NCBI GenBank assembly: GCA_001179505.1
Contig: CDMY01000288.1
Location: forward strand, 69,195 to 133,194
DNA length: 64,000 nucleotides
Reading direction: 5' to 3'
Source of the DNA: Vitrella brassicaformis CCMP3155
Taxonomy: Eukaryota; Protista; Chromerida
Numbering within the stretch: position 1 is the first letter of the stretch; every line of letters begins with the position of its first letter. Both the position numbers and the translations under genes were made by a program. Positions 51,744-60,546 of the stretch are shown here, piece by piece. Under the pieces are notes generated by a model. The model saw only the letters and a program-made list of their open reading frames with translations. It ran no database searches and was not told the origin of the DNA.

Positions 51744-52318
51744 TGTTCGTTCTGAGCGATACTCTACGCCTTCATTCTCTCCCGCACAGACAGGCAGATG
51801 TCTGCAAACAAGCTTCTCGATCTCAGATGCGAAGCAATCTCACGCTGATGCGCTGCTCGACGCTGCCGAAAACGCTGCCTCTTTCTGTCTGTCGGTGACG
51901 TGTGAGTGGATCGACGATCCACTGGGGAAAAGAAGATGTCGCAAAGGGCCGCTTTTGCTTTGTGGAGCTTACGCAGCTGACACTCGAGTATAGAGGTACA
52001 CCAGCAACCTTCCGGGGGAGCGGAAAAGCTCCTGCTGGCCTAGCTCGCAGACGGTCGGCTGGAAAAAGGAGTCGGAGGGACATTGGAGGTACTACCGGGG
52101 AGGAATCATCTTTGCGGGACGCTGAGTTGGCTTCTCTCATCACGGGAGGGCTGTCTGTGCCGGAGAAGACAGGTACTAAGAAGCGGAAAGACACTGGAGG
52201 AAGATCAAGATGCATGCCATGTGACTGCCATGTGGCAACTGACTGACACATATCCTTCTCTCCCTTTGTCGTTCAGCCACTTCTCTGCAGCTAGCCGGCC
52301 ACACAGCTGACTGAGCGA

Positions 52319-54102
52319 ATGAACACCACCCGCCAGGGTCAGCCTCACCACCCGCCGTCCCAGTGGCGGCGCAAAGGCCCTGCAGCGGCAGCGCACCCTA
52401 TCCCCCACACACACCCACCGACACATCCGCCCACTCCTCAGCACACTCATGACGCCCACAGCGAGATGGTGAACGGCGCTCTGCCCAACGGCGTGCACCC
52501 CTACCCCATCCACGACGGCATCGTAGCGATGGAGGTGGCTGCCGGTGCGGGTCGAGGCGCCAAGAGCCGCGGGCGGAACAATCGCAGCAGGAAGAACAGG
52601 CGGGGAGGGAGGGGGGGCGCGGGAGCGGGTGGTCAGCAGGGGGTGGAGAATGGCCATGTGGGTGACGCCGCTGCTGCCGGTGGGCCTGTCGAGACGTCGG
52701 TGCTCCACAACGGCCATGGCCTCAACGGCCACCCACCACAGCCCCCTCAGCACCACCAGCACGCAGAAGAAGAGGATGAGGAGGCTGCGGATGATGGCGA
52801 GGGTCAGGAGGGCGCCAACCCCATTAGCCGTCTGCCCATGCACCCCTCCAACTCGCACCATGATCGCTATCGCCGCGTGCAGGACGATGACCACGAAGAG
52901 ATGTCCTTCTCCCGGCCATCCTCTTCGCCCAGCCCCATCTCACGGAGCAACGACCCATTGCACGGCGTGAGAGAGACGTTGCCCGAGACCTTCCAGGCCG
53001 TGGCTGCGCAGAACGGCGATCAGCAGCAGAGGGGGGCGGAGGGTGAGTTGAATCGCCTGCGTGTGCCGGGTGGTTTGACTGAGAGGCATTTGCGCCGCTC
53101 GCCGCCGAGTTTCCCGACGTCTGGTTCGTCGAATAAGCAGCACGAGCCTGAGGAGGAGCTGAGTCTCATGAACATCGCTGACTCCATGGAGAAGATCATC
53201 AAGGTGCGTGAGAGAGCGAGGGGAGGAGAGGAGAACAGGCCGGAGAAACAGAGAGAGGGTGAATGCCATCCATCCATTTGTGTGTGTGGTGGTGGGTCCG
53301 TCCACGCAGGAGTTGGGTGAGGATCCCAGCCGTGACGGTCTGTTGAAGACGCCCATGCGTTATGCAGAGTCGATGTCGTATCTCACGTCGGGATACAAGC
53401 AGAAGCTGGCAGGTAAGGAAGTGACGCGCAGAAAGCCACCAGAAGAACGCAAGAAGCGTGTGTGTTTGTGTGTGTGTGTGTGTGTTGGTTGTGGGATGGC
53501 TCGGATGGATGGCCAGATGTGGTCAACGACGCCATCTTTGATGTGGACTGCAAGGAGATGGTCATAGTGCGGGACATCAACATATTCTCGCTCTGTGAGC
53601 ACCACCTGCTGCCCTTCATGGGCAAATGCGACATCGGGTCGGCACACACACACATACACACACACACGGACACAGACAGACACACTCGCGCAGCGCATAC
53701 TGACAAGAGAGAAATTAAGGCGAGTGGACGCGTGTGTGTGTGTGTGTGTGGTTGCAGGTATATTCCCAACGGGAAGGTGTTGGGCCTGTCGAAGCTTGCG
53801 AGGATCGCTGAAATGTTCTCCAGGAGGCTGCAGGTCAGCCAACGCATTCCATTCACCCGCCGTGTCCGGCCGGATGAGATGTCGGTGTTGTGTTGTGTTC
53901 TGCTTGTGCGTGTGCAGGTGCAGGAGCGTCTGTGCAAGGAGATTGCCGAGGCCATCGACGAGGCCGTCAAGCCCCTGGGCGTGGGCGTCGTCATACGCGC
54001 CACGTACGAACGGAACCGACCGACCGACAAAACCATAAGCTAGACAGACAGCGGCCGACACACACACACACATCCACACACATCGACACAAACTTGTGTG
54101 CA

Positions 54103-54134
<32 letters not shown>

Positions 54135-54379
54135 TTCAGGCACATGTGCATGGTGATGCGTGGCGTGTCGAAGCCGGGCGCTCTCACCATCACCAGCGCC
54201 GTCCTCGGCTGCTTCAGGTGGGTGGGTGGGTACACGACGCCATCCATCCATCCATCCATCCACCCACCATGGCTCTGTCTGTCTGTCTGTCTGTGTGTGT
54301 GATTGTCAGGCGTCAGCACAAGACCCGTGCCGAGTTTTTGAACCTGATCGCCCAGGACAGACGGGACATCTTCTCATAG
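52319..54379 (+). CDS. GCH1: GTP cyclohydrolase I with an ~290-aa low-complexity N-terminal extension
   Basis: [73 protein letters not shown]. Zn ligands (CEHH, HMC) are intact. Confidence 0.97.
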
Positions 54380-55662
54380 GCAGGCAGGCAGGCAGACACA
54401 CCACCATGATGACATACATGGCTGCATCCATCGTGTCGGCCCCTTTTCCTCCACGAGGAGGCACGGACCGGACGGTCACATCGCACACAACGGAGACAGA
54501 CAGGAGAGAGAGGTGGGGGCTCGTCTCGTCCGTGCTGTAGGCAGAGAAGAGAGAGAGAGGTGTCATGGTTCGATTGGGCCGGGGGTTCGGATTTTTCAAC
54601 TGAGTTGCGGGCTGTCTGTGTGTCTGACTGTTTGCCATAATCACATCAATGATCTCATCGGTTTTGCACTCACTGGCCCGCATGAGCACGTGTGTGTGTA
54701 GATACTCCTCACTATCTCACTTTCCCGCCTTCGAGCCGTTGCTGTCAATAGTGTCACCCACCACTATCGTCTGATGCCGCTTGCTCTTGGTTGCTCGTCT
54801 TTCTAGGCCCTCTGTCGCCTGACACGGTACGGTGCTGCTCCAGCAGAAGAACCGATGCAGGCCTGGGGCCGGATTGGCCTGTATTCTCTCTCTCTCTCTC
54901 TCTCATCGCTGCGTGTGGTGTGTTGTGCTTGGATGCACTGCATGCGAAAGAGCTGCACGTCATGTTTGTTGCGGTCAGCCGCCCGCTGCATGTCGTGTGG
55001 ATGGACGGACATGCCTTTCTGCCTGCCGGAGAAAGAGTTTTCAAGTGAGGATTTTGTCGTCGAGCGCGTGTACGTGTGCGTGTGCGTGTGCGTGGCAATG
55101 ACAGTGACAATGACACAATGGAAATCAGGGCTCGGAGCGTGATATAGAGGCTGATGATATACTTATAAAGGGAAGCATCCACACGGAGGTCTTGAAGGCA
55201 TAGAGCTATTGCAACACACACACACACACACACATGAAAGATGTAAGAGTGTCCTGTTACCACCCAACCACCCCACCCGCCCTCCGTCCCGCCGATACAT
55301 CTGTATGCACACGCGTAGATAGAGAGGGTATACAAATATGAACGAACCAGCCAAGCCAGAGTGGATAAAATATCGTTGCCTTGCCAGAGGCAAAAAGTTG
55401 AATCCGCTTCATCGATCTCGCTCCACCAGCCAGCCCTTTCCCAGCCAGCACACATACATATCAGAAGATAGGCAGAGCCATCCTTCCTAAGGAATTGGCC
55501 ACACCCTCCTGCACTAACGAAGATCCCCCAACCATAGCTACCAAAACCGATAGATCATCGAGAGAAAAACAAAACCTGGGCAGGGCATCACGCCCTCACG
55601 CACCGTTCGCCCGCCTGACTGCCCCCATGTGGTCTGCCCGTGTGGTGTGTCGGTGTCGGTGC

Positions 55663-57508
55663 TCACGCAAGGCCACGGATACACCTGAGGGATTATTGCA
55701 AACACACAATCCAACGAGTGTGTGCTGTACATCTTTCTCTGTTTCTGGGTCAATCGACTGTATGCTCGCTTACAGCTGAAGGTGGCGCTTCATTTCGTGT
55801 GCCGGTACGGGCTTGTTGCACCGGGGGCAGCATCCCGGCTCGCTTTTCGCACGCTTGGCAGGAGGCGTATTGGCGACGGCCTCAGGATGCTGGTCGTCCT
55901 GCTCACGCTTGATGGCCACCCCACCGCCGCCACCGAGGGGGATGCCCGCACCACCAAACGCCGGAAACGCGCCACCCACCGGTCCGCTAGCACGTCCGCC
56001 CCGCCCCCGGCCCGACGCACGACGTCCGCGGCCACGACCCGACACACCACCACCGCCCCCATCACCACCACCGGCAGCAGCAGCAGCGCCCGACGCACGA
56101 CCAGCAGAGCTCGATACGGCAACACCTGAATGAAGTGACAGTGCAGACATCGTTGAAGGAGGGGAGGGAAGGGGAGGGGAGGGGAGGCGACTTTTTGTTG
56201 TGTTATCTCACCTATGAGGGGTCGGCCGGCAGGTGTGTTGATGAGGTCCCAGGTGCCACTGCAGAGGGTCTGGTGGGTTTTGAACCACTTCTCCCCGTTG
56301 CTGCCGGGGGGATTGTTGCTCTGCTTCCAGTGCAACTCGCCACATCGCTGCACACGCGCACCCATGCCAACCCAATACGGCGTTTGGCGTCTGTGTGTGG
56401 TAGTGGTTGCGTACGTTGCACTGCCACACGTAGCAGCGTTTGATATCCGGGTCGTCGAGGCCCACCAGAGGGTTCACGCTCACACTAAGATCTGCACACA
56501 CAGACATGATGCCGACACACACACACACACACACACATGCGCACAGCCATTCAGGTGTTGACCGTTGTGTGAGTGTGTGTGCCCGTTTGGCCTGCCTGAC
56601 CGTCCTTGCGAGTATCGGGGTGGTTGTTGATTTCTTCCATCTTGGTGAGAAACGCCTGTGTAAGCAGGTGGGTGAGTGAGTGGAAAGATGGCTGCCTGCG
56701 TGGCGTGGCATTGCTTTGCTTTACCATACCTGTGTGTGTACGTTGGATTTGTCGCCGTACTTGACGTAGAGGTGCGCGTGGATCATGAGATGCAGCAACA
56801 CTTCCTGCACCAAAGGAGAAAAGAAAAACACGGGGGACAACCAAACTCTGCACATCCGTGTGTGTGTGTATGTGTGTGTGATTTGTCGCGTGCCTTGATG
56901 TCCTTCATGCTACGGGTCAGTAGGCGCTCCTTGGACAGCTTGATGACCACCTTGGGGTTCTTGTCAGTCTGACGGCACACCACGCAGCACACCGCAGACA
57001 GAGGCAAGGGAGATGGATTGATCGGTGTCATGTGTGATGCCATCGTCTGTCTGTTTCTCTCTCTCGTGTGCGAGCAAGCCAAGTTACGGGATAGGAGATG
57101 GTGCCATTCGCGGTAAACAAGTTCTTCTCCCACTTGATGTTCACCATGGTCACGCCGCCGAGCAGCTCACCACCGAAATACTGCACACACACACACACAG
57201 CCCCCCTCACTCTGAACACAGCCCCAGACCGCAACCGTACACTGCAACCGCACTGCACACCTTGTGGTTGTATCCTTGAAGAAGCGCTTGGCCTCTCGCT
57301 GCTTGGTGCGGATCTCAGCCTGCTGCTGCTGCATGACCGCCGCATTGAGCACAGCCTCTTTGAGGACGCCAGCCGCCTCTTGGTTGAGCTGATTGTGCAG
57401 CTCGACCGCCATGAGATGGTCCCTCTCACCCTGACCCTGGCTGTCCTCATCCTGATCAGGCTCGTCCTCGTCAGATGAGAGCAGGTCGATCACGTCCTGC
57501 TGCGCCAT
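55663..57508 (-). CDS. SPRTN: SPRTN/Spartan-like protein lacking the catalytic Glu (HLxxH), with ZBD, SHP box and UBZ4; possible frameshift in exon 1
   Basis: YFGGELL...IKWEKNL...VIKLSKERLLTRSMKDIKEVLLHLMIHAHL...VHTQAFLTKMEEIN...WQCNRC...WFKTHQTLCSG aligns with human SPRTN FFWGQL...IRLSEPLLKLRPRKDLVETLLHEMIHAYL...GHGPEF...WRC..HQKTCGG. FPAFGGAGIPLGG is an SHP box. CPRCNKPVPAHEMKRHLQLC is a UBZ4 (C-x2-C-x11-H-x3-C). Confidence 0.88.
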
Positions 57509-58009
57509 CTGATGGTGGGTGGGTGATACGGGGAGGGGGGGAGCGAACACCGGCGATAAAAAGTCCTCTTCTCCGCTTCCACAAATCGACGATTCTATCC
57601 TGCGAGCTCTTCGAGCGAGCTTTTTTGCTCCGTTTTTGAGGCGAAAGACCCTCCAAATTGGAAGACCGCATGGGGCGGTCGATTTGTGAGGCCAAAAGAG
57701 CTGTAGTGATTCGTTCAATCATCGCAGAAATGGCTTGAATGTACGAGTCAACATGAGGCACGCAACAGCCAGGTATATCGGAGCTGCCCTTGATTCACCA
57801 TCACGATGATATGCTTGCTCTGCTGATTCATCCCCTGCCCCCTCATGCTGCATGGGGACCGACATGGGCTGGGCAGCAGGCCATTCGCCTTTCTCTTGCA
57901 GCTGGAGCTGATACGTAGAATGTGCCTCCTGCAGCATAGGGTGACTGACATAGATCCTTTCCCCCCTCTATCAACATACATCCTCTGTGTGCCATAGACC
58001 CAGCAATTA

Positions 58010-59040
58010 TCACCTACCTGGCCGTGTCGATGTTGGGCTTTTCCTGTCATAAGACGCGGCTCCACCAGACGGACAAGCCGAGCTCGGCGGCTCGCTCTTC
58101 TGCAACTCAGCTGCACCAGCCGACGAGATGGCCAACGACGCCGAGGCACTGCTGTCAGTGGCCTGGGGGTCTTCAAAGTCGATGACTTTCCACGTCCAGC
58201 CGTCCTCGTCTGTCTTGACGCGATGCTCCACTGTCCATCGACCATTGCAGCAGAGAGGAAGAGAGAAGACAGAGTGTGCGGATCCCTCTGTGTGAATATG
58301 TGGTTGTGTTGGGTGGGTACCTGTCTGTCTGTCTGTCTGTCTGTCTGCCCTTTGCACGTGGCGGCGAGGTGCTGTGCTGTTGGTCCATCTTGATGCGGAC
58401 ATCCCGCCCACCGGTGTCTGGCGGCACAACAACACTCACCGTCAGCCCATAAGGCGACTGAGACCTGACCGCAGGGAAAGAAACCATGCATCTGTGTCAT
58501 GCTGTCCCTCCCTCCCTGACCAGTAGTATCTGTCAGTGGCCCGTCATTCTTCGTCAGAACCGCTGGCCAGGCCGCCTGGCCTCGCACAGAGTGGGAGCGC
58601 CCCTGTCCATGTCCATCAGCTCTTCGGCAGGCCACTCATCGCCTCGCTCATCATCATCATGGGCGGGCCAGAGACGGGTGGGTAGTGGTGTCTGCCAGTG
58701 GCCCTGCCATTCCTTGTCAGATCCCCTGGCCAGGCCGCCTGGCCCCGCACACAATGGGAGGGCCCCTGTTCGATGCCCATCAGCTCTTCGGCAGGCCACT
58801 CACCGCCTCGCCCGTCATTACCCGCGGCAGATCTTCGGTTTTCTCGACCCGTGGCGGGGCGGAGGGGCAGCAGCAGCACTTGCCGACGGCCGGATGAGGG
58901 ACTTGTCCTTTCTGCCGCCACCGTAACGTCACCTTCTGCGGCGCATCAAATCTCGTGACTGTCGGCTGCCTGCGGCTGCTTGTTTCTTCTCCATTGTCGT
59001 CGCTGACGTCGATGTGGTCCCATTTGCAGTGATCAATCAT
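58010..59040 (-). pseudogene. Cdc37-N-motif plus NudC-type CS-domain gene, copy 3 (inverted, internally duplicated, frameshifted)
   Basis: MIDHCKWDHIDVSDDNGEE, GLTVSVVVPPDTGGRDVRIKMDQQH, VKTDEDGWTWKVIDFEDP. An ~120-bp block (gagtggcctgccgaagagctgatgg...) is tandemly duplicated at about 58520-58640 and 58690-58805. Confidence 0.7.
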
Positions 59041-59307
59041 TCTCGGCCGTGATGATTGCGAGCTCGGCAAATGAGCTCGCCCTTCGATGTCTGGATTGGC
59101 GTGTTGTACAGCGAATTGCAATCCGTGAGTGCCCCGGAGGTCGGCCTCCTCGATAAAAGCCTCGGCTGAAAGAGAGCCATCGCTCATTCAATTCTGCTCG
59201 ACACATCCGCTGGTAGGCGACGGGCGAATGACGAGAGAGATGCCGAGAGGGATGCGCACACACACACACCTGTCCTCTTCTCGTCAGCCGTGTTTGAGTG
59301 TGTCGCC

Positions 59308-59646
59308 ATGGCAGCGGCGGCGGCGGCTTCATCTGCTGGTGCTGCGCATCAGGCAGAGGTGAGTCAAGCACGGCACACACACTCATCGTGTGCCACCGTC
59401 AATGATTCATTCATTTCGTTGTTTGCTTGTCTTCTTTTCATTCATCAGGTGATGGGACGGTCTGCGTGTAGTCGTTACAAAGAGGGCACCCGTGTGGTGT
59501 TGCTGTCGAGCACCAGGAGGGCTCCGACCGACGACTACGTGTGGGTCACCGCCAGAGTATGTCGCATTGACTATCATGCTGCACTCACGGGGCCAGTGGA
59601 ACGGCTGCCGCAAAGCGGGCCACTGGTGGGTCGACAACGCAAATGA
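59308..59646 (+). pseudogene. Truncated third Tudor-like/F-box paralogue (first two exons only)
   Basis: MAAAAAASSAGAAHQAE|VMGRSACSRYKEGTRVVLLSSTRRAPTDDYVWVTARV matches paralogue A exons 1-2. Homology is lost at about 59580 and a stop follows at 59646. Confidence 0.75.
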
Positions 59647-60546
59647 GCTGCGCCATTGGGGGATCTTAATTCTGTGTGGGGACAAGGCGGCTGACGAGTT
59701 CCTTGCCTGCGTCGACTTGAGCCTGAGGATCTGCACCACAGAGCCCCCTGTCGGCTGGAAGCGCCGCCCAGATGAGCGGTACCCTCGCACAGCCGCACTC
59801 ATCCGCCAGAAGGTGGTGGCGGCATAGCGGGCGGCCGGCTGGCCACCTCACAGAGAGAGAGAGAGAGGGGGGGAATGAGTGTGGGTGGGTGGATCCGTAT
59901 AGCTAGTGGTGAGACAAGGGAGTGCTGGTTTAAGTNNNNNNNNNNNNNNNNNNNNNNNNNNNNNNNNNNNNNNNNNNNNNNNNNNNNNNNNNNNNNNNNN
60001 NNNNNNNNNNNNNNNNNNNNNNNNNNNNNNNNNNNNNNNNNNNNNNNNNNNNNNNNNNNNNNNNNNNNNNNNNNNNNNNNNNNNNNNNNNNNNNNNNNNN
60101 NNNNNNNNNNNNNNNNNNNNNNNNNNNNNNNNNNNNNNNNNNNNNNNNNNNNNNNNNNNNNNNNNNNNNNNNNNNNNNNNNNNNNNNNNNNNNNNNNNNN
60201 NNNNNNNNNNNNNNNNNNNNNNNNNNNNNNNNNNNGGCAGTGGCCCGGGCTGGGGGGGCAGCCGTCTACCGTGGCCAGGTGCGCCTGTCGGTGGCACAGC
60301 GGGCAGAAGGCCTGCACCGGGCCTCACCTGCACGCACACAGAGAGACACAATGGGTCACACATGAGCGTCCTGTGGCCGCCCCGCGTCTCTTACCACTGG
60401 CTTTGGATTCGTCATTCTGGGGCTGGCATGGTTGGTGGGGTGGACAAACGGCCGGCTTTGTGTGCCGGGGGGAGAAAACACCTGACGACTCGTACCGAGT
60501 CGCGGCTGCACACACAGCACAGCAAATAGGTGGATGAGCCCATCCT

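Noticed and set aside
15457-57508. A DNA-repair gene cluster (Ku70 plus SPRTN)
   Set aside because: The genes are 36 kb apart with unrelated genes between them; no evidence of functional clustering.
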